NCBI GenBank assembly: GCA_028690155.1
Contig: JAQVBU010000002.1
Location: 21,282-85,281, forward strand
Direction of reading: 5' to 3'
Origin: Alphaproteobacteria bacterium
GTDB lineage: Bacteria; Pseudomonadota; Alphaproteobacteria; UBA9219
DNA length: 64,000 bases
Shown here: positions 28,141-39,076 of the stretch, piece after piece
How the letters are laid out: the number at the start of each line of letters is the position of its first letter
Numbering within the stretch: position 1 is the stretch's first letter
Notes under the pieces: model-generated
Seen by the model: the letters and a program-made list of their open reading frames with translations, nothing else
Told to the model about the DNA's origin: nothing
The model's database searches: none
Translations under genes and position numbers: made by a program

Positions 28141-30591
28141 ATGGCTCCATTGTCATTAAACTACGCTCCCTATGCCGCCATTGCCGCCGTTGTCCTCGCC
28201 GCCGTGATCCTGCTCGGCTTGGGCTTGGGCGTTCATGTGACGACTCTCCTCCTTATCGTCTTTGCCAGCCTGACCGCCGGACTTTCATGGTTGACGATCG
28301 TTCTGGGCAGCCAGCTTCGCCACCGAAACGCGCAGGCCCGCAACGTCCGCCTGATCGCCGAACGGATGCAGGCCATGCTCGCCTCCGTTCCCGAGGCGTA
28401 CTGCATCTTCACAACGCAGGGCTTGTTGCGCGAGGCCACGCGTGTCGCGCCTTTGTTCGGCGCGAAGAAAATTTCGCACTTCGAAGGCCTTGTCGCGTCG
28501 ATCAAGGAGCCGGAAGATTTCGTCGCCGCCTTTCGCAAGCTTCAGATGACGGGCGAAGGCTTTTCCTTGACCGTGATGAGTTCAAAGGACAACAAGGCGA
28601 TCCTCGTTAACGGCGCCCGTATGCGAATCGGCCGTGAGCCTCTTCTGCTGGATATTCTATGGTTCAGCGACAACCCAGCTTCCATCCGCGCGCTAAGCGA
28701 CCAAAACACGGCGCTTGAGGCTTGCGAGGCCAAGCTTCAAAAAACCCGCGCCGTCTATGAAGCCTTGCCTATTCCGATGTGGTCGCGCGATACCGAGCTT
28801 AAACTTGTCCGCTGCAATGCCGCTTATGCCCACGCCCTCGACGTCTCGTCGGAAGACGTCCTTAAAAACCAAAATGAACTGATTTCCTCGACGGCCCGCG
28901 GCGGAAGCGGTCGCGCTTTGGCCGTCAAAGCCATGGAGTCCGGAACGTCCCAAACCGAACGTCGGCACGTCATTATCAGCGGCGAACGGCAACTTTTGGA
29001 AATTACGGAAACGCCCTATGAAGCCAACGGCGTCAAAGGCGTTTTCGGCTTTGCCATCAACGTTTCCGCCGAGGAAGCGAAAGAAACGGAGGTTCAACGC
29101 CACGCCGCTTCGCAACGCGAGGTTTTGGAACATCTGGGAAGCGCCATCGCCATCTATGGCCCCGACACACGGCTTGAATTTTACAACCATGCCTATATCC
29201 GCCTGTGGCATGCCGACGAAGCCTTTCTGAACAGCAAGCCAACTTTTAGCGAAATCCTTGAGGATCAACGGACCCGACGCGTCGCACCGGAACAAGTCGA
29301 TTTCCAGCGTTATAAACACGAACGCACAGCGCTGTTCACCTCGCTTCTCGAACCGCACGAAGACCTTATGTACCTTCCCGACGGCACAACGTTGCGCGTT
29401 CTTGTGTCGCCCCATCCCATGGGAGGACTGATTTTCGTTCATGAGGACGTTACGGACAAGCTGGCGCTTGAATCGTCCTATAACACGCTGATCGCCGTTC
29501 AAAGAGAAACGCTGGACAACTTGGCCGAAGGCATCGCGGTGTTCGGTCCCGACGGGAAGATAGGCCTGTTCAATCCGGCAGTGGCCAACATCTGGAAACT
29601 TCCGGAAGACTATCTCGCCTCGAGTCCCCACGTCTCGGATATTCTGGAAAAGACCAAAGAACTTCACCATTATGGCGAAGACTGGGAAAGCTACAAGAAA
29701 AACGCCATTTTCTATGCGCTGGACAGAACACCGCGCAAAGGCCGCATGACAATGGGCGAAAGCATGATGCTGGACTATGTGACCGTTCCTTTGCCCGACG
29801 GCGCGGTGTTGAACAGCTATCTGGACGTGACGGATTCCATCAAAGCCGAGCGCGCCCTGCGGGCCAGCAACATGGCGTTGGCTGCGGCGGATCGGCTGAA
29901 ATCCGAGTTTGTCGCGAACGTGTCCTATCAGCTTCGCACGCCGCTGAACACGATCATGGGCTTTTCAGAGATTCTGACAAACCAATACTTTGGTACGTTG
30001 AACGATCGTCAAATGGAATACACACGTACGATCATGGACGCCAGCAAGAAGCTGCTTCTTTTGATCAACGACGTGCTGGATCTTGCGACGATTGAAGCGG
30101 GCCGGATGGCGTTGGATCAAGAGGAGACTCCCGTCGCAAGCCTTCTGAACGCCGCCAAACAGATGTCCTCTGAGTGGGCGCGTCAGCAGTCCTTGGAAAT
30201 CCTCGTCGATTGTCCTTCGGATATAGGCTCTTTTGAGGTCGATCAGCACCGCATGAAACAGGTGTTATTCAACCTCATCAGCAACGCCGTCAAGTACACG
30301 CCAGCCGGCGGACGGATCACGCTGGAGGCGCGGCATTCGGGCGACTGGATTGCGCTTACGGTCGCCGATACCGGAATCGGCATTCCCGAAAGCGATTTGG
30401 ACCGCATCTTCGGCAAATTCGAACGGACGAACCTGCAAACGCGTCAGTCCGGCGTCGGGCTCGGCCTTAGCCTCGTCAAGAGCTTCGTCGAACTTCACGG
30501 CGGCCGCGTCGAAATCTCCAGCACGCCACGTCAAGGTACGCGCATAACCTGCTATATCCCCGTTCGAGCCGCTTCGACGGACAATTCGTGA
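28141..30591 (+). CDS. Membrane-anchored multi-PAS sensor histidine kinase
   Basis: 816 aa. N-terminal transmembrane helices, several PAS-like segments, a HisKA box FVANVSYQLRTPLNTIMGFSEIL, and the HATPase_c motifs DTGIGIP and GLGLSLVKSF. Confidence 0.85.
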   Translation: MAPLSLNYAPYAAIAAVVLAAVILLGLGLGVHVTTLLLIVFASLTAGLSWLTIVLGSQLRHRNAQARNVRLIAERMQAMLASVPEAYCIFTTQGLLREATRVAPLFGAKKISHFEGLVASIKEPEDFVAAFRKLQMTGEGFSLTVMSSKDNKAILVNGARMRIGREPLLLDILWFSDNPASIRALSDQNTALEACEAKLQKTRAVYEALPIPMWSRDTELKLVRCNAAYAHALDVSSEDVLKNQNELISSTARGGSGRALAVKAMESGTSQTERRHVIISGERQLLEITETPYEANGVKGVFGFAINVSAEEAKETEVQRHAASQREVLEHLGSAIAIYGPDTRLEFYNHAYIRLWHADEAFLNSKPTFSEILEDQRTRRVAPEQVDFQRYKHERTALFTSLLEPHEDLMYLPDGTTLRVLVSPHPMGGLIFVHEDVTDKLALESSYNTLIAVQRETLDNLAEGIAVFGPDGKIGLFNPAVANIWKLPEDYLASSPHVSDILEKTKELHHYGEDWESYKKNAIFYALDRTPRKGRMTMGESMMLDYVTVPLPDGAVLNSYLDVTDSIKAERALRASNMALAAADRLKSEFVANVSYQLRTPLNTIMGFSEILTNQYFGTLNDRQMEYTRTIMDASKKLLLLINDVLDLATIEAGRMALDQEETPVASLLNAAKQMSSEWARQQSLEILVDCPSDIGSFEVDQHRMKQVLFNLISNAVKYTPAGGRITLEARHSGDWIALTVADTGIGIPESDLDRIFGKFERTNLQTRQSGVGLGLSLVKSFVELHGGRVEISSTPRQGTRITCYIPVRAASTDNS

Positions 30592-31058
30592 TGCGCGTTA
30601 AGATTCCCTTGCCGGACCTTAAGGCCACAGAAGCCTTAGCCGCAACGATCGCGCCCATCTTGAAACCCAAGGATGCAATCGCTCTGAGCGGCGATTTGGG
30701 GACAGGAAAAACGACCTTCGCGCGTGCGCTGTTACGCACGTTGGGCGTCAAAGACGACATTCCAAGCCCTACGTTTACGCTCGTTCAAACTTACGATATT
30801 GGCAAACTTTCGGTTTCACATTTTGACCTTTACCGCCTGAAATCTTCATCCGAACTCGACGAGCTTGGCCTCGACGACGCGCGTGCGGACGGAATCGTCC
30901 TCGTCGAATGGCCGGAACGCGCCGAGGGGAATCTTCCGAAAAACCGACTAACCCTGAATTTCTCGATAGCCAACGACGGGTCGCGTTCCTGCCTCCTTGA
31001 GGGGGAAGACGCGTGGCTAACGCGCCTTCCCGATCTCAAAAAAGCGTCCTTGCCTTAG
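30588..31058 (+). CDS. tsaE: tRNA threonylcarbamoyladenosine biosynthesis protein TsaE
   Basis: The P-loop LSGDLGTGKTTFAR and SPTFTLVQTY. The start overlaps the kinase stop (GTGATG). Confidence 0.85.
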   Translation: MMRVKIPLPDLKATEALAATIAPILKPKDAIALSGDLGTGKTTFARALLRTLGVKDDIPSPTFTLVQTYDIGKLSVSHFDLYRLKSSSELDELGLDDARADGIVLVEWPERAEGNLPKNRLTLNFSIANDGSRSCLLEGEDAWLTRLPDLKKASLP

Positions 31059-31073
31059 GACGCCCCGGCTCCG

Positions 31074-31334
31074 TTATTTTTCTTTGCTCAGAGACTTTCC
31101 TCCCTTGTGGCCGGTCTTTCCCATGCACTTATGCATGAACTTCTTGTACTCGGCCTTGGCAAGCTTCTTTGCCTTAAATTCAGCCGCACACGCTTGGGAA
31201 CGTTCGTGCTGTGTCGTGTGTGTCGTTTCGACGGTTGCCGTTTTGGCTTCCGTCGTTTCCTCCTCGGCAGCCGTTTCAGCATAAACGAACGACGGCACAA
31301 GCGACGGCCTCCCTACCGAAACCTGTCGTACCAT
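31074..31334 (-). pseudogene. Second PsiF-like repeat in a different frame from the first; probably a frameshifted 3' half of an ancestral two-repeat psiF gene
   Basis: The other frame encodes ...SQACAAEFKAKKLAKAEYKKFMHKCMGK (a second PsiF repeat) with no signal peptide of its own. This frame overlaps the end of the upstream ORF across the repeat/homopolymer tract at 31325-31400. Confidence 0.45.
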
Positions 31335-31624
31335 TTCTTTTTGGTCTTTTGGGTCGCCTGGTTGGTGTTTTGGATTGCCTGGTTGGTGTTTTGGGTCGCC
31401 CGGCCTTTCGAGGTCACTCCCGTACATGAGCGCATAAACGTCCTGTACTGGCTCATATCCAGATTTTTCTTTTTGAACTCTTCCCGACACGCGTTTCTCT
31501 TTTCGCGACGAGCCATCGCTTGGGCTTGAACCGAATTTACATCTTGGGTGGCGTCTTTGGCAAAGACGGGAACGGAAACAAGTATCGTTAACGCCACCAC
31601 ACCCGAGAGAACGGCTTTTTTCAT
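31313..31624 (-). CDS. psiF: PsiF-repeat family small secreted protein (first repeat)
   Basis: RBS GAGGAGG upstream. Signal peptide MKKAVLSGVVALTILVSVPVFA, then a PsiF-like Cys-pair repeat ACREEFKKKNLDMSQYRTFMRSC. The ORF ends inside a 21-bp tandem repeat. Confidence 0.65.
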   Translation of the reverse strand: MKKAVLSGVVALTILVSVPVFAKDATQDVNSVQAQAMARREKRNACREEFKKKNLDMSQYRTFMRSCTGVTSKGRATQNTNQAIQNTNQATQKTKKKWYDRFR

Positions 31625-31823
31625 GAGAACCTCCTCTATCGTAAAAATGACCGATTCTAGAGTTAGCATGTTTTCCGGCGAACACAAGACAGCACCGAAG
31701 AGCCGACACGCAAAAACCGCTTCGCACCCCAGCTTTGTTACCCGAACGTTGTTGAAGTTTACGGCGCCGTTGGTATAGTCCACGGTTTCAGAAATGCTCT
31801 CGACAAAAGAGAAAGGACGGATC

Positions 31824-32336
31824 ATGGGACAAACGATTTCGAACGGCGACGCGGTTGCAATCTTCAAAGACGCTTTTGCAACATGGAACGACAGCCTCCA
31901 CGCTTCCTTCGTAAACATCGAAGCGTTAAGTGCCGCCGATCGCCATGATCCGGAGAAAATGATAGAAGCCGCAAAGCCAACCCTTGATTGCTATGCGCAA
32001 GGCGCGACGTTGTGGCCCACGGTGGAAAGCGGTTTTCGCAAAACTCCGGAAGGCATCAGCAAATATTTCGCGCATTTTGCCGCCAAGAACCCTTGCGGTG
32101 TCGTTCAAGGCACGCCGGATGTCGAGACCGTCTACGGCGCCGACGGAACCCCAAAAATTATCGTCAGCGGCGAATACATCTTCGAAATGAACGGAGAAAA
32201 CGGGAAAAGAGTCCGGCTTCCCGCCCGGTTCGAGTTCAGGCTCGTTCAAGAAAACGGGACATGGAAGTGGTATCACCATACCTCGAACACAAGCCCCGAC
32301 GCCCAAGGCACGCTGAAAACGACCCCGGTCGCCTAA
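31824..32336 (+). CDS. Hypothetical protein (possible NTF2/SnoaL-like fold)
   Basis: Start at the internal Met with the RBS AAAGGACGG. 170 aa, no diagnostic motif. Confidence 0.45.
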   Translation: MGQTISNGDAVAIFKDAFATWNDSLHASFVNIEALSAADRHDPEKMIEAAKPTLDCYAQGATLWPTVESGFRKTPEGISKYFAHFAAKNPCGVVQGTPDVETVYGADGTPKIIVSGEYIFEMNGENGKRVRLPARFEFRLVQENGTWKWYHHTSNTSPDAQGTLKTTPVA

Positions 32337-32360
32337 CGCTTTTGTTTATTGACATAAAAA

Positions 32361-32390
32361 GCCTTCCTTAACGTTTTAGATAAGGAAGGC
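32361..32390. terminator. Bidirectional hairpin terminator between convergent genes
   Basis: GCCTTCCTTA..TAAGGAAGGC, an 11-bp stem, flanked by AAAAA on the left and GGCGTTTTTTTGCC on the right. Confidence 0.6.
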
Positions 32391-32435
32391 TAAGGCGTTT
32401 TTTTGCCTCTTCTCCCCTGGCTCACCGACAAGAGA

Positions 32436-33389
32436 TTAGGCCGAAAAACCCTTCAAAAACGCCTCGATATCGTCGGGAGACGACAACGCGTTCGATAAAA
32501 GGTCACGATCGATACGCCGGGCCAATCCGCACAAGACCTTGCCTTCTCCGCATTCGACAAAATTTCGGACGCCCTTTTCCTTCATATAAAGAACCGATTC
32601 CCGCCAGCGAACGGAACTTGTAACCTGCTCAACCAACAACGCTCGGATCACGTCGGGATCGACAACAGGCTGCGCCGTCACATTCGCCACTACGGGAACC
32701 GACGGTGACCGGAGGATCGTCTCTTCAAGCGCAACGCGCATGGCCTCAGCCGCCGGTTGCATCAACGGGCTATGAAAAGGGGCGCTTACGTCTAATTTGA
32801 TGCACCGTTTAATCCCCTTCGCCTTGGCGGCTTCGACAGCGCGATCAAGAGCCGCCGCCGCCCCGCTGATGACAACTTGATCGGGCGAATTGTCGTTCGC
32901 AAGGACGCACACGTCCCCCTGTGACGCCTCGGCCAGAACGGCCTGAACAAGCGCTCGGTCTAAATCCGGCGCAATCAGCGCAACCATACCGCCGTCCCCG
33001 GCGGCCACGGCCTTTTGCATCGCCCGGCCCCGAATTCTCAAAAGCCTCGCCGTGTCGCCCAAGGACAGGCTTCCCGCCGCGCACAGAGCCGCGTATTCGC
33101 CTAGACTATGCCCCGCCACGAACTGCGCCGAACGGTCAAGCTGAACCTTTCCCTGTTTTTCAAGAACCCGGATCACGGCCATGCTTGCCGCCATAATGGC
33201 GGGTTGAGCGTTTTCAGTCAGGGTCAGTTGATCCGACGGCCCTTCGAACATCAGCGTGCTGAGCTTCTGGCCAAGCGTGTCGTCAACTTCGTCAAAAACC
33301 TCGCGTGCCTCGGAAAATGTCTCGGCCAACGCCTTGCCCATGCCGACATTTTGGCTGCCCTGACCGGGAAAAACGAACGCGTATGTCAT
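32436..33389 (-). CDS. fabD: Malonyl CoA-acyl carrier protein transacylase FabD
   Basis: FVFPGQGSQ and the active-site AGHSLGEYAAL. Confidence 0.92.
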   Translation of the reverse strand: MTYAFVFPGQGSQNVGMGKALAETFSEAREVFDEVDDTLGQKLSTLMFEGPSDQLTLTENAQPAIMAASMAVIRVLEKQGKVQLDRSAQFVAGHSLGEYAALCAAGSLSLGDTARLLRIRGRAMQKAVAAGDGGMVALIAPDLDRALVQAVLAEASQGDVCVLANDNSPDQVVISGAAAALDRAVEAAKAKGIKRCIKLDVSAPFHSPLMQPAAEAMRVALEETILRSPSVPVVANVTAQPVVDPDVIRALLVEQVTSSVRWRESVLYMKEKGVRNFVECGEGKVLCGLARRIDRDLLSNALSSPDDIEAFLKGFSA

Positions 33390-33499
33390 GACGAACCTCT
33401 TAAAAAGACAAATAAAATCGCTTTTTATTAAGCCCCTTGCTAAAATGAAGTCAAGCAGGTCTATTAAAGGCCCGTTTTTTGAGGAAAGTATACGGTATT

Positions 33500-34954
33500 A
33501 TGTCCAATCTCGCCTCGCGCCTTGACCAATTTATTGATCGACACATTTTATGCGTCGGCGACCTTATGCTTGACCGGTATGTTTACGGCCAAGTTGAACG
33601 AATTTCACCGGAAGCGCCTATCCCGGTACTCCGGCAGCAACGGGAAACGACAACCTTGGGCGGTGCAGGGAATGTCGTGCGTAACGTCGCGACCTTGGGC
33701 GGTCGTATAAGCGTCGTCGGCGTCGTCGGCCAAGACAAGGCCGGAAGCGAAATTGCTAAGGAATTTCGTGACATTTCCTCCGTCAGGGCAGAGCTCATCG
33801 TCGATCCGGAGCGCCCGACAACCGAAAAAACACGTTACGTCGCAGGAAGCCAACAAATTCTGCGTGCCGACCATGAAGTCACGTATCCCCTTTCTCCTGC
33901 CGTCGAAAAAGAAGTTATCGAACGAATATCGAGCATCCTTGACGAAGTCGATGCCGTCATCCTGTCGGATTACAACAAGGGTGTCTTGACGCCAGCGGTG
34001 ATTGAAACCACGATCAGCCTTGCTAAAAAAAAGAACAAACCCGTTATCGTAGACCCTAAAGGCCGCTGCTTTTTGAAATACAAAGGAGCGACTTTTTTGA
34101 CCCCAAACCGCAAGGAAATAAGCGACGTCGTCGGGTCGCCCATTGCCAGCGTCGCGGATGCCGAAACAGCCGCGCGGGAGCTGATGAAGACGTGCGGCGT
34201 AGGAGCCATTCTCGTCAAGCTCGGCGCCGACGGAGCCTGTCTTGTGCGCGAGAACGAAAAAATGCTTCACCTAAAGGCTGAAGCGCGGGAGGTTTTCGAC
34301 GTTTCCGGCGCCGGGGATACGGTCATCGCAACGTTGTCTCTCGCGTTGACAAGCGGCTTTGCGCCCGCCGAAGCCTCCAAGGTCGCCAATACGGCCGGCT
34401 CGATCGTCGTGGGCAAGGTCGGAACGGCTTTTGTCACACGAGATGAGATTGCCCGGGCTCTTATTCACGGCGAAGCACACCACACCGAAGACAAAGTCGT
34501 TGGCATGGCTTCGATCGCCGACATTGCCGAACGCTGGCGAAAACTTGGGCTTAAAGTCGGTTTTACAAATGGGTGTTTCGATCTTCTGCATCCGGGCCAT
34601 ATCGCGCTTTTGCGCCAAGCCCGGGCAACGTGCGACAAGCTTGTTGTCGGGCTTAACAGCGATGCGTCCGTCAAACGCCTGAAAGGCGCGGCCCGCCCCA
34701 TCCAAAACGAAGCCGCGCGCAGCACGGTCCTCGCTTCCTTGGCCGACGTTGATCATATCGTCATTTTCGACGAGGACACGCCGCTTGACCTGATCAAAGC
34801 CGTCCGACCGGACGTTTTGATCAAAGGCGCCGATTATACGCTCGACAAAGTCGTTGGTGCCGCCGAGGTTCAAAGCTGGCACGGGCGCGTTGTTCTCGCC
34901 CATCTTGTCGATGGACAAAGCACGACAAACACCATCGCCAAAATGAAGGGCTAG
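33500..34954 (+). CDS. hldE: Bifunctional D-beta-D-heptose 7-phosphate kinase / D-beta-D-heptose 1-phosphate adenylyltransferase HldE (RfaE)
   Basis: N-terminal pfkB-type sugar kinase (GGAGNVVRNVATLGG, DVSGAGDTVIA) and a C-terminal cytidylyltransferase (GCFDLLHPGHIALL). The ATG at 33500 with the RBS GAGGAAAG is preferred over the TTG listed at 33479 in the track. Confidence 0.88.
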   Translation: MSNLASRLDQFIDRHILCVGDLMLDRYVYGQVERISPEAPIPVLRQQRETTTLGGAGNVVRNVATLGGRISVVGVVGQDKAGSEIAKEFRDISSVRAELIVDPERPTTEKTRYVAGSQQILRADHEVTYPLSPAVEKEVIERISSILDEVDAVILSDYNKGVLTPAVIETTISLAKKKNKPVIVDPKGRCFLKYKGATFLTPNRKEISDVVGSPIASVADAETAARELMKTCGVGAILVKLGADGACLVRENEKMLHLKAEAREVFDVSGAGDTVIATLSLALTSGFAPAEASKVANTAGSIVVGKVGTAFVTRDEIARALIHGEAHHTEDKVVGMASIADIAERWRKLGLKVGFTNGCFDLLHPGHIALLRQARATCDKLVVGLNSDASVKRLKGAARPIQNEAARSTVLASLADVDHIVIFDEDTPLDLIKAVRPDVLIKGADYTLDKVVGAAEVQSWHGRVVLAHLVDGQSTTNTIAKMKG

Positions 34955-34967
34955 CGCTTGCTTCGCT

Positions 34968-35330
34968 TTACGGCGCGTCCTTGTCGTCTTCCCTTCTGAA
35001 CGACCGGTCTGTGGAAGCCCCCACATCCTCGTCCGAAGGCAGAAGAATCACAATATCGCCGTCTTTGGAATAATTCAGGGACTTACGCGCTTCTTCATCC
35101 AAAAGATCGCCATCAAGACTGTCGGGCCGCATAAGCTTGACGCGGCGTTCAACCGTCTCGCGCTCCTTTTGAAGCTGCGTAAGCGTCTTTTGGGCCGCCC
35201 GTGTCTCGTTCTGAAGATGAAGCTGTGCCACCCAGCCCCGTTCGCCCTCGACCGTATGGTAAAGAAAATAGCCCACGATACAAATGCCGACGCCCGAGAC
35301 AATCCTCTGCCATGTTCGCCGAGGCATCAT
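34968..35330 (-). CDS. ftsB: Septum formation initiator FtsB/DivIC-like
   Basis: N-terminal transmembrane helix plus a coiled coil; it sits upstream of eno, as in many proteobacteria. Confidence 0.7.
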   Translation of the reverse strand: MMPRRTWQRIVSGVGICIVGYFLYHTVEGERGWVAQLHLQNETRAAQKTLTQLQKERETVERRVKLMRPDSLDGDLLDEEARKSLNYSKDGDIVILLPSDEDVGASTDRSFRREDDKDAP

Positions 35331-35333
35331 CGT

Positions 35334-36650
<1,317 letters not shown>

Positions 36651-36827
36651 TCACAGCTTGTAACAGAACACAAGGGAGCAAAGTTTATCCTCTTTTTAGG
36701 GTATGTTACAACGTTAACGCGTTTTGCACTGCCGAAAGAGCTATTTCTATAGAAAATAAGACTGGAATACCTTACCATCCCATTCTTATAGAAAAAGAAA
36801 GTTAGATTATTTAAAGGAAACGATTTT

Positions 36828-38003
36828 ATGGAAAAGGAAGCTTTCCAAGCCCTCGCTGAACGGTATACCTCCGCCGTCAATGTTTCCGCGGGAAGTCGGG
36901 TCCTTCTCTCGTATCAAAGCGACGAAGCAAAAAGGCTCGCGGACGCCTGCGCTGCGCTTGTCCTCCAAAAAGGCGGAACGGCCTTCCTCAAAGACGAATC
37001 GGCGGCGGCTTTAAACGACAGACTTCGCCATGCGACGCGGGCCGCTATCGCCCGGATGGGCGACGAGGACTTCGCGTTTATAAAAACGATAGACATCTAT
37101 ATCCGGATCAAAGATTACGACGCTTTCAGCGCGTTATTAATTCCCGACGATATTCACAAGTTTTACCTTCTGTGCATGAACGCGGCTCTTCGCTATCGCG
37201 TCAATAACACACGTTGGCTTGTCGTAACCGTACCGACCCCTTCTTTTGCTCAAGGATGCGGCATGACGCTTGCCGAGGCTGAAGCCTTCTATCTTAAAGC
37301 CTGCCTGATGGACTACGATTCCATGGCCGCAACGGTCGTGCCTCTAACCAACCGGCTGAAAAAAGGCGGCCATGTCCACATCAAAAGCCCCGCCCAAGGC
37401 ACCGACCTTGAATTCGATCTTATCGGAGGCAAGGCCAAAGAGTGCGTCGGCCAATGCAACATTCCGGATGGCGAGTGTTATACAGCGCCCGTCAAAGACT
37501 CTGTCAATGGAACCATTCGTTTTTTAAGTTCTCTTTATGAGGGGAAAAAATTCGATTTTGTCGAGTTGACGTTCAAAGACGGCCGCGTCGTCGAAGTCCA
37601 TGCGGCTGACGAAGAACAAAGGAAAAATATTCTTTCTTTTCTCAACACCGATGAAGGCGCCTCCTATGTCGGTGAGTTCGCGTTTAATTTTAACCCGTTT
37701 ATTATGAAAACAACGGGGAAAACCCTGTTTGACGAAAAAATTTGCGGCGGCATTCATCTGGCTCTTGGCAATGCCTATTCTGAAACCAGTAACGGCAACG
37801 TCTCAGCCATTCACTGGGACCTTGTGCACCTTCAGCGTCCTGAATTCGGAGGAGGGGAAATCTGGATCGACGACGAACTTATTCGCAAGGATGGTCTCTT
37901 TATCCCCAACGACCTGCAAGGCTTGAATCCGGATCGCCTCATCGCCGCAATCCGCCAACCCGCTGCCTACGGTCCTCGTCAACCTTTCACCCCGGCGCCT
38001 TGA
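36828..38003 (+). CDS. M29-family aminopeptidase (AmpS / PepS-like)
   Basis: 391 aa; YVGEFAFNFNP and GGIHLALGNAY, the M29 signature. Confidence 0.7.
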   Translation: MEKEAFQALAERYTSAVNVSAGSRVLLSYQSDEAKRLADACAALVLQKGGTAFLKDESAAALNDRLRHATRAAIARMGDEDFAFIKTIDIYIRIKDYDAFSALLIPDDIHKFYLLCMNAALRYRVNNTRWLVVTVPTPSFAQGCGMTLAEAEAFYLKACLMDYDSMAATVVPLTNRLKKGGHVHIKSPAQGTDLEFDLIGGKAKECVGQCNIPDGECYTAPVKDSVNGTIRFLSSLYEGKKFDFVELTFKDGRVVEVHAADEEQRKNILSFLNTDEGASYVGEFAFNFNPFIMKTTGKTLFDEKICGGIHLALGNAYSETSNGNVSAIHWDLVHLQRPEFGGGEIWIDDELIRKDGLFIPNDLQGLNPDRLIAAIRQPAAYGPRQPFTPAP

Positions 38004-38005
38004 TT

Positions 38006-39076
38006 CTATCCAAGCGTCGTAAGATCGGAACACTTTCCAATCTCCATAACTTTAAAAAGGCGGCCCATCTGGTCGTCGTCAATAAGCCTTTTCAAAGCGC
38101 TGTCTATAGCCGTGCGTTGTTCGTCCGTCGCGTTTTTTTTCAGGGCCTCAGCACGAATTTCAATCCCGCAATTTCTCAAAAACGCGCCCTGCCCGACGGC
38201 CTCGGAAACATTGGCTCCTCCGGCCCTTGCCGCATCGGCCAAAGCCGTAAAATCGACATGCGCCGTCAAATCGACCTCGCCAGGCCGTTCAAAAATATCC
38301 GCCGACGCATGATGCGAGACGGCTTGAACCGTCGCAAAACCGGGACGCGCCGTGTATCCGTAATCGATAATCAGCGCCGCCCCCCGACGCGACAAAAGCA
38401 CGCGCGCCAGCTCACGCATACGGATTTGGGCTTCAGGCGAAAATTCAAAGCACGTTCCCGGCACCGCATCACGCAACGAGGCCGGAATCAAATTCATCTC
38501 GACGTCCGCCAAAGGACGAAGCGCAAACGCCAACCCCTTCTGATCGAGGGTCACCATGCGTTCGGCCCACCCCTGAAACGTTTTCTCGAACAAACGAACG
38601 GGCAGCGCATCGAAAAACTCGTTCGCCACGACAAGCACGGGCATCGAAGGAAGCTGAGATACGGCATCGATATGAACGGGTTTGCTGTCGCTCAAAACCT
38701 CGCTCTGCTTCCGGCGCAAGACGACATCACTGTCGAGCAGATAAAGCTGTTTTGCGGCATGAAAGCCCCCAACGTGCGCGGTAGCCCGCAGAATATCTTG
38801 CATCATCGTGCCGTGACCGGGGCCAAGTTCAACCAAGGCAAAGGGGGACGGGTCGCCAAGTCGATGCCACGCCTCGGCGCACCAAACGCCAATCATTTCC
38901 CCGAACATCTGGCTGATTTCGGGCGCTGTTATAAAGTCGCCCGTGCGGCCCAACGGCTCACGCGTACGGTAGTAACCATGCTCGGGGTGCTGAAGGGCGA
39001 TTTCCATATAAGCGGCCACGGACAAAGACCCCTGAACAACAAGAACATCGCGAATAATCGTTTCAAGCGCATTCAT
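38006..39076 (-). CDS. Class I SAM-dependent methyltransferase, MidA/NDUFAF7 family (DUF185)
   Basis: YYRTREPLGRTGDFITAPEISQMFGE and ELGPGHGTMM. The preferred start is Met-10 (39076), which forms an ATGA overlap with the lgt stop. Confidence 0.75.
   Translation of the reverse strand: MNALETIIRDVLVVQGSLSVAAYMEIALQHPEHGYYRTREPLGRTGDFITAPEISQMFGEMIGVWCAEAWHRLGDPSPFALVELGPGHGTMMQDILRATAHVGGFHAAKQLYLLDSDVVLRRKQSEVLSDSKPVHIDAVSQLPSMPVLVVANEFFDALPVRLFEKTFQGWAERMVTLDQKGLAFALRPLADVEMNLIPASLRDAVPGTCFEFSPEAQIRMRELARVLLSRRGAALIIDYGYTARPGFATVQAVSHHASADIFERPGEVDLTAHVDFTALADAARAGGANVSEAVGQGAFLRNCGIEIRAEALKKNATDEQRTAIDSALKRLIDDDQMGRLFKVMEIGKCSDLTTLG

Noticed and set aside
28693-29670. 325-aa minus-strand ORF
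   Set aside because: Antisense to the PAS histidine kinase, whose HisKA and HATPase motifs fix the plus-strand frame.
31325-31400. 21-bp tandem direct repeats considered as a possible CRISPR array or mini-satellite
   Set aside because: There are only 2-3 copies with no spacers, and they lie inside coding sequence, so they are a repeat-encoded linker (see the psiF finding) rather than a CRISPR array.
33605-35026. 221-aa and 251-aa minus ORFs
   Set aside because: Antisense to hldE; no motifs.
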